IMG/VR virus record: IMGVR_UViG_3300028887_000079
Location: 32,001 to 96,000 of that record
Strand: one strand, 5' to 3'
DNA length: 64,000 nucleotides
From: a virus
Lineage: Duplodnaviria; Caudoviricetes
Part shown: piece by piece, positions 39,762 to 49,040 of the stretch
Position numbering within the stretch: the stretch's first letter is position 1
Layout of the letters: each line of letters begins with the position of its first letter
The notes under the pieces: model-generated
What the model was told of the DNA's origin: nothing
Seen by the model: only the letters and a program-made list of their open reading frames with translations
Databases searched by the model: none
Position numbers and translations under genes: made by a program

Positions 39762-40858
39762 TAACCTTCCACCGGCATCGGGGTCACAACATACTCTTCG
39801 CCGGTTGCCTGCTTGATGGCATCCGACACCGCCTTAGCGGTCGCCAACATGTCGGCATTGTGTTCGGCCCCTTCGACATGATTCAGGGACAACGGCATAT
39901 TTGCGACCGCCATATACGGCGTCTTATGAATGGAAACTTCGCCGCCAATTCCAACCACGGCGGATTCAATCAAAACACGCGCTTCCGGCGTGATTTCTTC
40001 AACGGCGCCGGCATAAGGCGCCGTGATTGCAAACGGGGCGTAATCATGCGGTTTTGCGGCAGTAAGCGCCACTGTAGGCTCGGCAGGCACCTCAACGGTT
40101 TCGCCAGTAGTTGCCGTATGCGTTTTTGTGACCGCATAGCCGAATTGGTCCAGCGATGAGATCGGGAAGCCCTTCGGATCATAAAGGTCAATGACCAATT
40201 TCTCGACCGGATAAACACGCGACCACGCAAATTCGGACACGTAGTTCATATAGATGGTCGCGGACCAAGCATACGCAAAAAGGTTGCCCTCTTTGAAGTT
40301 GACAAGATCCGCCTCGCCCAAATTTTGAATGTAGGTGAAGTTGATGATCTTGTCCTTGACATACTCGGAGTTGTAAATGTATTGCAAGGAACTGACCTGC
40401 GTTACATTCCCGGCCGCGTCCTTCTTAGGCGTGGTCAGCGGCATATTGTAGGTGTTTTGGAAAACAGCCGCAAAGGCTTCTTCCAAGTCTTCTACCGCTT
40501 CGGCCTTGTTCGATACGAAGGCGCATGCAATCTTGAACGATGCGGAAACCGTTGATTTGCCGGACGGGCGGTTCTCCGGATCCTCATGAGTATCAAGCAG
40601 GCGATAACGCTGGCGCACAATCGGCTCAAGCGAAGTGCGCGTCCAAAATAAGCACATGAACGGCTTGGAACGGACATCTTCTTTAGTTGTCATTCCTTTG
40701 CGGTCCATTTTCTTCTCGGCCAATTCGTCCGAAAGCCACGCTTCATTTTTCGCGTTCTCGGAATCATAAATGACCTTCATAGAGTCATCAAAACCCTGTT
40801 CCTTGAACAAGGCTCGAATCTTGGTCAAATATGCTTGAACGGCAACAGAGGTTATCAT
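39761..40858 (-). CDS. putative neck / tail-terminator protein
   Basis: in the portal operon. Confidence 0.4.
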   Translation of the reverse strand: MITSVAVQAYLTKIRALFKEQGFDDSMKVIYDSENAKNEAWLSDELAEKKMDRKGMTTKEDVRSKPFMCLFWTRTSLEPIVRQRYRLLDTHEDPENRPSGKSTVSASFKIACAFVSNKAEAVEDLEEAFAAVFQNTYNMPLTTPKKDAAGNVTQVSSLQYIYNSEYVKDKIINFTYIQNLGEADLVNFKEGNLFAYAWSATIYMNYVSEFAWSRVYPVEKLVIDLYDPKGFPISSLDQFGYAVTKTHTATTGETVEVPAEPTVALTAAKPHDYAPFAITAPYAGAVEEITPEARVLIESAVVGIGGEVSIHKTPYMAVANMPLSLNHVEGAEHNADMLATAKAVSDAIKQATGEEYVVTPMPVEG

Positions 40859-41127
40859 TTGCCATCCTCCGATTCATTTACGATAGGCTTGCGTGCGATG
40901 GTGATTTCAAAGTGCTCGTGCAATGCCTTATGCAGCCCGAGCTTGCGATAAAAACGGCGGCCTGCCAACGAGTGGGTCCAGTTCAACATCCCTTTCTTAC
41001 GCTTGATACCGGTAATGGTCCAAGAGCGGGAAGTCCGTGCCGCCTGAATTGGGTTGGGGCGATGATACAGATCGTGCATCAACTTCTTCGCGCCAACCGG
41101 CTCATGATGCAAAAAGTAGTCGCCCAT
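40855..41127 (-). CDS. small basic hypothetical protein
   Basis: translationally coupled to portal. Confidence 0.6.
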   Translation of the reverse strand: MGDYFLHHEPVGAKKLMHDLYHRPNPIQAARTSRSWTITGIKRKKGMLNWTHSLAGRRFYRKLGLHKALHEHFEITIARKPIVNESEDGK

Positions 41128-42680
41128 TATGACCTCTTCTGTTCCGCAGTTTCTTCATCAGGCACGTTGATAACCTGAGTGGCGCCTGAAATGCTATCAA
41201 GCAGCGACTCGATATAGCGTGCCTTTTCGCGCTGGCTCACGAACGGCTGGACATCCGGATCGGTTGTCAGCGTGTTGATGGTATCATAGATGTTCTTGAT
41301 AACCGTGGTCGTTGCGTCCACATATTCCATTCGGTCAAGTTCCGCAACGTTGACAGCACAATACTGGCTCACATGAATGTATTCGTCCGGAACCACCATT
41401 CCGTAGGACCGGAGAAGTTCCTTCAATACCCTAGTGAGGAATTTGCGAAGTCCGTTCTGCATCATCTTCACTGCACGCGCATAACGCACATACTGGCGCA
41501 TTGCAAGACCGGCGGGCTGTGCCGTGCGACCTTCGGGGCTGAAGAGGAACGAATACGGAACGCCCTTAATATCGGTAATAAGATTGCGAAGCGAATTGAT
41601 TTGGTCCGGAAGGGTAGCATCATTCGTCTGTGCGGATCCGAGCGCAACGCTCATAGCGCCACGCTGAGATTGTTCCGGAATCACGCGGAGCTTGGAAGCA
41701 GCGGCGGCGAACATACGGATGGCGCCAAGGTCCTGAGTATTAAGGGTTGTCAGGTCGGCGTTGTCATTGTTGTTGAGAATGTTTTCGTAGTAGGCGGTGA
41801 ACGACCGGATCTGCGGAAGATCAAGTCCGTCCGGCGCCTTCACGCCAATAATCGTGTTGCGCTGCATAGCGGCGGCAATGCCCGCGAGATACATTTGCTC
41901 AAGCAATTCAAGCGAGAAAATCTTGTCGTAGATGTCCACACAGAACGGGCGCCCAACCGTGGAGGTTTGCGCAATAACGGAGTCCCTGCCTTGAATCATG
42001 ATAGGATCTTTGGACAAGGAGAAGCGCAATCTATCCGACTGCATAGACAAGCACACGATGTTGTCGTTATCGATGGTGGCGATGCGGGTAGTGTTGCCCG
42101 GTGTCACGCGATAATACAGCGGCTTAGAACTCAAGCCTTCAAGGCCAATCGTGAACACGGAACCGGGCTGGTAGCTGTCCTGAAGTCCGACAACGTGGTT
42201 TTCCTTATCGCGGAGATATTCAATCCAGTATTGCCCGTAGAAAATGGCATCGCAAACAATCTTATTCAGAAACGTGTCCAGCGAGATGTTGTAGCGGAAA
42301 TCGTCCACAATTCGCTGTGCCTTCTTTGACGCCGGATACTTGGTATCGATGGTCAAATCAAAGGACTTTTCGGTTTGCGGGTCAATCGCAAGCACATCAT
42401 AGGCGTAGGCGTTGATCATTGCAGACACCAAATACTGGTCCTTCAAGGGCTCGTATTTGTTGAGGTCATTGCGATAAGTGACGAAATGCTCATACAGCTG
42501 CATCCACAAGCCCATTTGAGCCGTGGGTGCATTGGAAATTTCTTTAAGGCGTTGGCGGTCGGCATCGGACGTGGCAATAGCGTATTCAACACCGGTCATG
42601 CGGGTTGCGATGTCCTTCATGATCGTTTGATCCGCGAATACCTGCTGAAAAGTCCGTGACGCTCGAGTAAAAATGTTCAT
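41127..42680 (-). CDS. portal protein (T4 gp20-like)
   Basis: 517 aa; DAIFYG, GRP, LELLEQ, KGVPYSFL, RYARAVKMMQ portal motifs. Confidence 0.8.
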   Translation of the reverse strand: MNIFTRASRTFQQVFADQTIMKDIATRMTGVEYAIATSDADRQRLKEISNAPTAQMGLWMQLYEHFVTYRNDLNKYEPLKDQYLVSAMINAYAYDVLAIDPQTEKSFDLTIDTKYPASKKAQRIVDDFRYNISLDTFLNKIVCDAIFYGQYWIEYLRDKENHVVGLQDSYQPGSVFTIGLEGLSSKPLYYRVTPGNTTRIATIDNDNIVCLSMQSDRLRFSLSKDPIMIQGRDSVIAQTSTVGRPFCVDIYDKIFSLELLEQMYLAGIAAAMQRNTIIGVKAPDGLDLPQIRSFTAYYENILNNNDNADLTTLNTQDLGAIRMFAAAASKLRVIPEQSQRGAMSVALGSAQTNDATLPDQINSLRNLITDIKGVPYSFLFSPEGRTAQPAGLAMRQYVRYARAVKMMQNGLRKFLTRVLKELLRSYGMVVPDEYIHVSQYCAVNVAELDRMEYVDATTTVIKNIYDTINTLTTDPDVQPFVSQREKARYIESLLDSISGATQVINVPDEETAEQKRS

Positions 42681-42728
42681 ACACTAAATATACTATTTCT
42701 TGCGAATCAGGCGCACCGGACAAATAAC

Positions 42729-43466
42729 TTATGGCAAGCGCACATGATTGTTGTTTTCAATCCAATACTTGAAGCGCCCCCATACCGGGGATTCGGGGCA
42801 CACAAATCCATCAGGAACCCAGCCGCCCGCATTTTGATATGCGGACACCGCCGTGAACAAAGAGGACGCCTTCCCCAACAAAAGTTTCTTGCTGTCCGTG
42901 TCGAGGAATGTTTCCGGGATGTCCTGCCAATAGCGAAGCAGGTTCAAGGCGCCCTGCCAAAAGTATGCCGGCGCCTTCATCTTTGCCTTCAGTCCGATCG
43001 ACTGGACCATTTCACAAATTCGCGGCTTGAGTTCCGCCTGAGCCTCGGCGATGCGTGCCGCCTCGGACTTTTGGAAATAGAAATGGAGGAACGGACTGAA
43101 TACGCCCTGCCCCTTTGTGACCGGGGCTATAAGAAAGTGTGCTACCGGAACTTTCATGCGGACGCCGTTCTGTAAAGGCGGATACCAACATCCCTCCTTT
43201 TGGCGCTCGCTGATTGTCTGCAAGGCGGTTGTGATTGCATTGACCGCTGAATCTGTCCCGTTAAAGACTAGCGGGTAACGCGGCTTGCAGTGATCCGCCC
43301 AATCGCGGACAAATCGGTTGGTCGCAATTTCATCAATAAGGGCGAGACCTTCTCGGTGCGTCTTGGTGAACGCATTTTGCGAAGGCCTTAAAATGTTCGG
43401 AAAACGGCGCTCGAGGACAAATACCGGATCGTCCTCGGCTGCTTGTGGTTTAAGATTGAATGCCAT
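42729..43466 (-). CDS. hypothetical protein
   Basis: 245-aa ORF. Confidence 0.65.
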   Translation of the reverse strand: MAFNLKPQAAEDDPVFVLERRFPNILRPSQNAFTKTHREGLALIDEIATNRFVRDWADHCKPRYPLVFNGTDSAVNAITTALQTISERQKEGCWYPPLQNGVRMKVPVAHFLIAPVTKGQGVFSPFLHFYFQKSEAARIAEAQAELKPRICEMVQSIGLKAKMKAPAYFWQGALNLLRYWQDIPETFLDTDSKKLLLGKASSLFTAVSAYQNAGGWVPDGFVCPESPVWGRFKYWIENNNHVRLP

Positions 43467-43472
43467 ACCAAA

Positions 43473-43778
43473 TTATACGGCGCCCTTTTGCTTTCGATCC
43501 ACGCTCTCGCGGACGGAAGGGCTGAACTTGAGAATTGGGATGAAGCGCTCCGGTATGGCAGCCTTCTCACCGGTGCGGGGATTTCTTGCGGGGCGGCTCT
43601 TGCGGCGCTGGACGGAGAATGTTCCGAAGCCCCGGATCTCAATGCACTCGCCCTTCAAAAGATGGCGTTCGACTGCCTTCAAAAATTCCTCGACCACCGG
43701 GCGAACTTGAGGTTCCTTAATAAACGTGCGGTCGACAATGTCGTCAATGAGATTCTTCTTGGTGATGTTCGTAGCCAC
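43473..43778 (-). CDS. HU/IHF-family DNA-binding protein
   Basis: IEIRGFGTF...RPARNPRTGE; GTG start after AGGAGG. Confidence 0.9.
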   Translation of the reverse strand: MATNITKKNLIDDIVDRTFIKEPQVRPVVEEFLKAVERHLLKGECIEIRGFGTFSVQRRKSRPARNPRTGEKAAIPERFIPILKFSPSVRESVDRKQKGAV

Positions 43779-43791
43779 TAGTCCTCCTAAA

Positions 43792-44343
43792 TTATCCGAT
43801 TGAAATTGTAGGCACGGTTGAGGCGTGAACGCCTTGGAGCGGACAAACCGTGCAGGCGTTGAGTGCCGGGGCGATTGCGTTGCCCACATTGATGATATCG
43901 CCCGTGATGGTTACAAGGCCGGACGCCTCGATCTTCGTGCCGACCGGGTCGTGCGTAATCTTCAAGTTGCCATCACCGGTTTCCATCGAAATCATTGAGC
44001 CGTCCTTCTTGCCAGTAATGATATTCTTCCCGAAGCGCAAATAGAAGTCGGTGGTGAGGTCGGTCCCTTCCAATTCCTCCGCAAGTCCCATAATGTAGCT
44101 TTGCATAAAGGTATCAACCGAAACGACCACCTTATCACCAATTTCATAGGAGAATGTCATTGGCGCGAGCTGGCGGGCAAACGTGGTCAGCTGCGTTTCA
44201 TTCCCCTCGGAATCCGTGTAAGTGATTTCAACGGTGTAATTCGGTCCATCTTCGGTGATTACGCCGATATAGCAGGCACGGCGGGGATCGAGAAATTTAT
44301 GCAAGGCGCGAAGCCCAAGATCAAACTGCATACATGCCTCCAT
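43792..44343 (-). CDS. baseplate spike protein (gp5/gpV-like)
   Basis: OB-fold IGDKVVV, beta-helix repeats, C-terminal CPLQGVH tip motif. Confidence 0.6.
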   Translation of the reverse strand: MEACMQFDLGLRALHKFLDPRRACYIGVITEDGPNYTVEITYTDSEGNETQLTTFARQLAPMTFSYEIGDKVVVSVDTFMQSYIMGLAEELEGTDLTTDFYLRFGKNIITGKKDGSMISMETGDGNLKITHDPVGTKIEASGLVTITGDIINVGNAIAPALNACTVCPLQGVHASTVPTISIG

Positions 44344-44344
44344 T

Positions 44345-44430
44345 TGCGCAATAACGCGCTTCTACGGCGAGTTTTCGCATCAGGCATAAACTTATACGGG
44401 GATTGCGGAAAACGCGCTTAAACTCTCATT
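44345..44430. repeat. quasi-palindromic element, degenerate copy 4
   Basis: TGCGCAATAACGCGCTTCTACGGCGA...AACGCGCTTAAA. Confidence 0.5.
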
Positions 44431-44486
44431 AAAATATAAAAAACGCCCCCGATAATCAATACCGGAGGCGCCTTGTAGTTTAGGGG

Positions 44487-44885
44487 TTACTTGATTGACG
44501 GACTGGTCAATTCCCAAGGGAACTCAAACCACGCCTCGCTATCCTTATGCAATTCCGGGACGAACAGCCCGCAAAGATCCGGCTGGACTTTCGCGGTCTC
44601 CTTCGAGACATCCGTGTAGAAAATCGGGTTATACTTTTGATAGTCAACCAACGTATTTCCGGTGTCACAAATATCGTCCACAATAAGGCAGCCTTCACGA
44701 GGCGCCGTCAAAAATTCAACCTTCAGCAGGTGCGAGAAAAGGACCGCAAGGCAGGCGCCACCGCGAGGGATGCCATACACCCCATTCACGAAGCGCTTAG
44801 TCTTCACAAGTTCCTTTGCCGCAGTGCCTGCCGAAAGGACAACATCTTCCCAAGTGCGATGGACAACTCTAGGCGTTTGCTTCAT
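44487..44885 (-). CDS. type I phosphoribosyltransferase (purine PRT-like)
   Basis: YGIPRGG, LIVDDICDTGNT, WFEFPWE. Confidence 0.85.
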   Translation of the reverse strand: MKQTPRVVHRTWEDVVLSAGTAAKELVKTKRFVNGVYGIPRGGACLAVLFSHLLKVEFLTAPREGCLIVDDICDTGNTLVDYQKYNPIFYTDVSKETAKVQPDLCGLFVPELHKDSEAWFEFPWELTSPSIK

Positions 44886-45576
44886 ATTCAATCGGATCCT
44901 TTGTTCCGTTTGCTTCAAAAGCAGCCTTGCGGTCAATGCAGGTGCCGCACGTGCCACAAGCCTTTTCGCCGCCCTTATAGCAGCTCCACGTCAATTCGTA
45001 AGGAACTTTCAGGCGCAAGCCCTCGGCGACCACGCCAGCCTTGTTCAGGTTGATGAGCGGGCGCCAAACGTGAATCTTTCCGTAAGTGCCGATCGAAATG
45101 GCGTTATCCATAGCATCGGCGAAGGCGGGAGAACAATCAGCGTATGCCTGCCCGGCGGCATCATCCGCATGTGCGCCATACACAACCACGGCATCCTGAC
45201 CGGGGAAGAGGGAATCGGCGTAAGCGGTAGCGATGGACAAAAGCAAGCCGTTGCGGAACGGGACGTAAGTGCCAACGCGGCCTTCACCATTTTCTGCGAT
45301 CTGTTCGGCGTAGGACTTATCCGGAATTTCCGTCTTGGAATCCTTCATGAGCGAGCAAACATCGCCGGCATACTTCATCACGCAAGAAATGTCTTCTTCG
45401 ATATGGCGGACGCCATAATGTTCGGCGACCTTGCGAGCGCATTCAAGTTCCTTGTCGTGGCGCTGCCCGTAATAGAGCGTGGCGGTGACAACATTTTCCT
45501 TGCCATACTTTTCAATGGCGAGGGCAACACAGGTGGTAGAATCGACTCCACCGGAATTCAAAACCAATGCCTTCAT
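44869..45576 (-). CDS. queC: 7-cyano-7-deazaguanine synthase
   Basis: SGGVDST, YGQRH, YVPFRNG, YADC, TWSCY, CGTCGTCIDR. Confidence 0.95.
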   Translation of the reverse strand: MKALVLNSGGVDSTTCVALAIEKYGKENVVTATLYYGQRHDKELECARKVAEHYGVRHIEEDISCVMKYAGDVCSLMKDSKTEIPDKSYAEQIAENGEGRVGTYVPFRNGLLLSIATAYADSLFPGQDAVVVYGAHADDAAGQAYADCSPAFADAMDNAISIGTYGKIHVWRPLINLNKAGVVAEGLRLKVPYELTWSCYKGGEKACGTCGTCIDRKAAFEANGTKDPIEYEANA

Positions 45577-45620
45577 TTGACATTCTCCTATTTGAAATGT
45601 TTATACGCAAAAAGGACACC

Positions 45621-46385
45621 TTAGAAAGTGTCCCAAATGAGCTGGTTCAACTTGGCGACTGCACAACTAATCATATGCCCGCGGTTGTATCCGTAAGCCC
45701 GGATGAACTCCGGAACGGATGTGACCGGCTTGATGTAGGTGAACGAGTCAACCGAATCAAAGTCAATATAGCGTGCGAGTTTGGAAGTGATGCCGAGGCC
45801 GTGAATATGCACATCGCGAGCGCGGGCATACCAAACGAGTTCACGCATCAGGCGGGCAACATCGTGGCAGTTCGTCAAACCGGATCCGGCAACGCCACCA
45901 ATAGCGAAGAAGCCGCCGGGGCCGACCTGCTGGCAGTAATCGGCGAACTTTTGAATCGGGTCAAAGATATGCCAAACGAGGGTAGGTTCCTCGCCGACAA
46001 GTTTGATGAGTTTGTCACGGAGACGCGCATATTCCTTTTCGCCAACCACGGACTGAATATCCAGTTCGAAGAAGTGAGTGAAATACTTGCGGTATTTCTT
46101 GATGAAAGCCGCGTAGTCTTCCACATACTTGTCGAGGTTAAATTCGCCCTTGAGTTTGCCCTTCTTGTGCGCCATCATCATAGAGAAGGCGCCGGAGTCA
46201 AGCAAGATTTCTTGTCCCGGTTCGGGACCTGAATAAAGCTCCAGCGCCTCCTCAACGCGCTCGGGGGATGCCTTGGACAAGTAATAGAACGACACAAGGC
46301 AATACTTGAATTTGTATTTACGGAATGCTTCTTTCGAGACGGACGCATGAAGCTTTCCGATGTCAAGACCGGCGTAATACTTCAA
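45621..46385 (-). CDS. dpdA: DpdA-like / TGT-fold base-exchange transglycosylase
   Basis: LLDSGAFS, ELDI, VWH, IGG, HIHGLG, DSVDS TGT-barrel motifs; located between ParB-like gene and queC. Confidence 0.65.
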   Translation of the reverse strand: MKYYAGLDIGKLHASVSKEAFRKYKFKYCLVSFYYLSKASPERVEEALELYSGPEPGQEILLDSGAFSMMMAHKKGKLKGEFNLDKYVEDYAAFIKKYRKYFTHFFELDIQSVVGEKEYARLRDKLIKLVGEEPTLVWHIFDPIQKFADYCQQVGPGGFFAIGGVAGSGLTNCHDVARLMRELVWYARARDVHIHGLGITSKLARYIDFDSVDSFTYIKPVTSVPEFIRAYGYNRGHMISCAVAKLNQLIWDTF

Positions 46386-46396
46386 AGCGGACCTCC

Positions 46397-46990
46397 TTAC
46401 ACCTTGTCCCAACCGATAATGTCAAAGTTTTCTTCGCCTTCGGAATTATCGTTGACCGGACCTTCGGAACCATCAACATCCACCGGGCATTCAGGTTCAG
46501 CGGCGGGCGCATTGGATTCGCCAACAATTTCGGAAGCGATGCCTGCTTCTTGCGGGAGCATGTTGCGCTTCTTGAGAATCTTGGGATCGAGCGGGCGGAT
46601 GTTCTTGATGTCCGTGATGATGTTTTTCATTTCAACAAGATACTTGGAGTGAACGCGGCCGCCCATAATTTCCTTCGCAACGGAAGCAAAGTCCAGCTTA
46701 CCGAGGGACTGTGTCACGTTGTCGATAATGCGGAATTCGTCTTCAGCCTCCTTGTCAAGGTCGGAGATGATGCACGGAATTTCGGACAAGCCAAGTTTCT
46801 GCGCAGCCATAAGACGGCCGTGGCCGGTGATGACAACATGTTCGGCGTTCACCACAATCGGAATTTGGAAGCCGAAGCATTCAATGGAGTTCGCGATCGA
46901 GTCCACATTGTCTGCGTGAGTCTTGTTGTTGTTCTTGTAAGGATAGATGTCCTTTACGGGGAGATAAACGATTTCGAGTTTTTTAGTCAT
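46397..46990 (-). CDS. ParB/Sulfiredoxin-like N-terminal domain protein
   Basis: PY.NN, SIECFGFQIPIVV, GHGRLMAA, RIIDN. Confidence 0.85.
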   Translation of the reverse strand: MTKKLEIVYLPVKDIYPYKNNNKTHADNVDSIANSIECFGFQIPIVVNAEHVVITGHGRLMAAQKLGLSEIPCIISDLDKEAEDEFRIIDNVTQSLGKLDFASVAKEIMGGRVHSKYLVEMKNIITDIKNIRPLDPKILKKRNMLPQEAGIASEIVGESNAPAAEPECPVDVDGSEGPVNDNSEGEENFDIIGWDKV

Positions 46991-47007
46991 AGTAACCAAA
47001 TATACGA

Positions 47008-47037
47008 AAGCGGGCGCCTAAATCCAGCGCCCGCTTT
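47008..47037 (-). terminator. intrinsic terminator ending the ncRNA array
   Basis: AAAGCGGGCGC...GCGCCCGCTTT. Confidence 0.7.
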
Positions 47038-47059
47038 ACAAGGAAAGAAAAAACATGAA

Positions 47060-47121
47060 ACCGCCACCGGAGTTCGGATTTCCACCGTATTAAACAGGAC
47101 TGTCTCCCGTCAGGTGGCGGC
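47060..47121 (-). ncRNA. structured RNA with T-loop-like hairpin
   Basis: GCCGCCACC/GGUGGCGGU closing stem; CGG-UGGAAAU-CCG. Confidence 0.45.
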
Positions 47122-47151
47122 TACCCTCATGAGGTATGACTAAATATACGA

Positions 47152-47266
47152 TGCCAGTGACTCGGGGAAGGATCGAACTTCCGAGGATAGAGGCCCATCC
47201 AAGTCGCGGCGCCTCTGTTTCCGCGACTCACGGCTTGCCAACCACCGCTCACGCAAGCCACTGACA
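47152..47266 (-). ncRNA. tRNA-like RNA with extended acceptor stem and aberrant anticodon arm
   Basis: 13-bp terminal stem, D-like arm, 9-bp stem/11-nt loop, variable arm, GGAAG-UUCGAUC-CUUCC T-arm. Confidence 0.65.
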
Positions 47267-47602
47267 TCAAAAAGAATGTTCGCCCCAATCGGCTCGGGGA
47301 TGCTTATGGCGGAATGCTTCGTGCCACACCTTGCCGAGATTTGATACATGAAACACTGTATCGGAGCAAGAAAAATCGGGCCCTTTCCTGATTGTCATAA
47401 GCCCTTTTGCGACCAATGATTCACAAGCAAGAAAGAGTTTTCCTTTCGAATTGCTATTGAGCCCCAAGAAATTGCGATAACCACCGGAGCCCCATCCATT
47501 GAAGACCGGATAGGTGTTGAAGCCCAATGCGCTTGACATTGCCTTGACTTCTTCGACCGAGCAGGTCACTCCATAAAAACTAAGTCGCAATCCTTTTGAC
47601 AT
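47267..47602 (-). CDS. hypothetical protein embedded in the RNA array
   Basis: 111-aa ORF from MSKGLRL. Confidence 0.55.
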   Translation of the reverse strand: MSKGLRLSFYGVTCSVEEVKAMSSALGFNTYPVFNGWGSGGYRNFLGLNSNSKGKLFLACESLVAKGLMTIRKGPDFSCSDTVFHVSNLGKVWHEAFRHKHPRADWGEHSF

Positions 47603-47624
47603 TTTGAACTCTCTTAAATGGTAT

Positions 47625-47698
47625 GCGGCAGTTCCGCTCTTACCTGCCCGGTTTCCGCTTTGGGCGGGCGCCGTTAAGCCTCGGAGTAGAACTGCCGC
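47625..47698 (-). ncRNA. structured RNA unit
   Basis: perfect 10-bp closing stem GCGGCAGUUC/GAACUGCCGC with internal hairpin. Confidence 0.45.
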
Positions 47699-48091
47699 TA
47701 GGCATTGGCCACTGCTGTTAGCCACCAACTTTTTTGCGGTAGTTAAGTCCCGTCAGGTGTATCGGGCCCTGCGCCGCCACCATTGCCAGGCGTGGAATCC
47801 TTCCCGTCTTGTTCACCGCGCTTCGCCTCGGAGTCCAACCCTTGCGGGTGTATGCCCCACTGGCAGATTACTTCTACAAGAAACTACTCACAGCGGTCGG
47901 TTGATGTCTCTTTGATAGGAGTGAAGTCAACCGAAAAACAAAGCTCTCCTCTTTCAAAATGAAAGGTGCTGGCAAGGGATTCTAGCTTTATGCCACGCGC
48001 GGCTCTTCACCGTCTCAGGGGATTGCTCCCGCACCTCTTTCAAAAGCGCCGCCTCGGAGATGCATTCCCCGAGACTTCTGCCGTGTGCCTA

Positions 48092-48165
48092 AACCCGTTA
48101 CCGGACTTGAACCAGTGACTTCCCGGGAGTGACCACCCGAGCTCTACCAACTGAGCTAAACGCAC
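48092..48165 (-). tRNA. tRNA-like / pseudo-tRNA, 8-nt anticodon loop (UGGUCACU)
   Basis: canonical D-arm UAGCUCAGUUGGUAGAGC and T-arm; weak acceptor stem. Confidence 0.6.
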
Positions 48166-48400
48166 AAAGGCTCCGACAGCATTTCAAACTTGCGGTGTGC
48201 CCTAGCCCGGTGGGCGATGCGTTCCTCGTAAGGACGGAGCATCTGAGCATCACCAAACACAATATACAAAATGTTCGTCCGCTTCTACTTATTACCCCCA
48301 GCCCTTTCGGCCGCCAGGGACAAACATAAGGTCCGATCCCGAATCGTTTGCGCATGATGCCCAAGCCTAGGACGAGGCACGCACGCCTTCTTTTATGTAG

Positions 48401-48475
48401 GGGCAGGAGCCGGACTCGAACCGACAACCTCAGGGCCGAAACACCCTGCGCTCTCCCAGTTAGAGCTATCCTGCC
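48401..48475 (-). tRNA. tRNA-like, 8-nt anticodon loop (UGUUUCGG)
   Basis: perfect 7-bp acceptor GGCAGGA/UCCUGCC, D-arm and T-arm present; non-canonical loop. Confidence 0.7.
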
Positions 48476-48769
48476 ATAGTCCTTGTGGTTGATAGTCACT
48501 TTTCATCCGGTAGTAGCCGAACGAGCCCTGAAGGATGCCGGGCGCTCCGTCTTCACACCCTATTGACGGAACCGAGGGAAACTACTTCACACGGGTAATC
48601 AGCCCGCACTACGTAGGCGGTCCTGATGCAGTTTGGCCCTCCGCCGGGCGCTGCTTAGTCGGTAGTCGTAACATCCGACCTGCACCAGTCAGTTTTCCGA
48701 TTTCCACAGAGGCACGTCCTACGGGGCCACTTCATGCTAGAAGCTCTAACTTCATCGGGAAGCTATTCA

Positions 48770-48895
48770 AATTCAAGTAGGCGCTGCCGGGGCTTTCCGC
48801 TTCCCTATTGGGTTGCCGCGTCTTGGCTTCGAACCAAGGGAGCGACCACCGGGCTTGGACCCTATTTCATCAGTGCGACAACGCCTGCTTGAATT
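48770..48895 (-). ncRNA. structured RNA with long terminal stem and T-loop hairpin
   Basis: ~20-bp closing stem; CUUGG-UUCGAAG-CCAAG. Confidence 0.55.
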
Positions 48896-48900
48896 CAAAT

Positions 48901-49032
48901 TAAGTGGGCAGGAATGAACCTGCATTGCCCGCGGAGTGCTGTCTTTCCCTGCCGGGATGTTTACACCATTCTGCCGCCGCCGGAGTCCTAAGCACACCGG
49001 ATATTAACCGATGCTCATTTAGACGACCACTT
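48901..49032 (-). ncRNA. tRNA-chassis RNA (acceptor + T-like arm, large insert)
   Basis: AAGUGG/CCACUU-A; GCAGG-UUCAUU-CCUGC. Confidence 0.45.
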
Positions 49033-49040
49033 CCGGAATG

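Noticed and set aside
48478-48500. raiA-motif-like 5' segment on the plus strand
   Set aside because: Similarity does not extend and it is on the opposite strand from the array
48645-48690. SRP-RNA-like CAGG...AGCAG
   Set aside because: Lacks the GNRA-capped short helix 8 geometry; too weak to call
48862-48876. CUGAUGA hammerhead-like core on the minus strand
   Set aside because: No stem II-GAAA-stem III arrangement follows it
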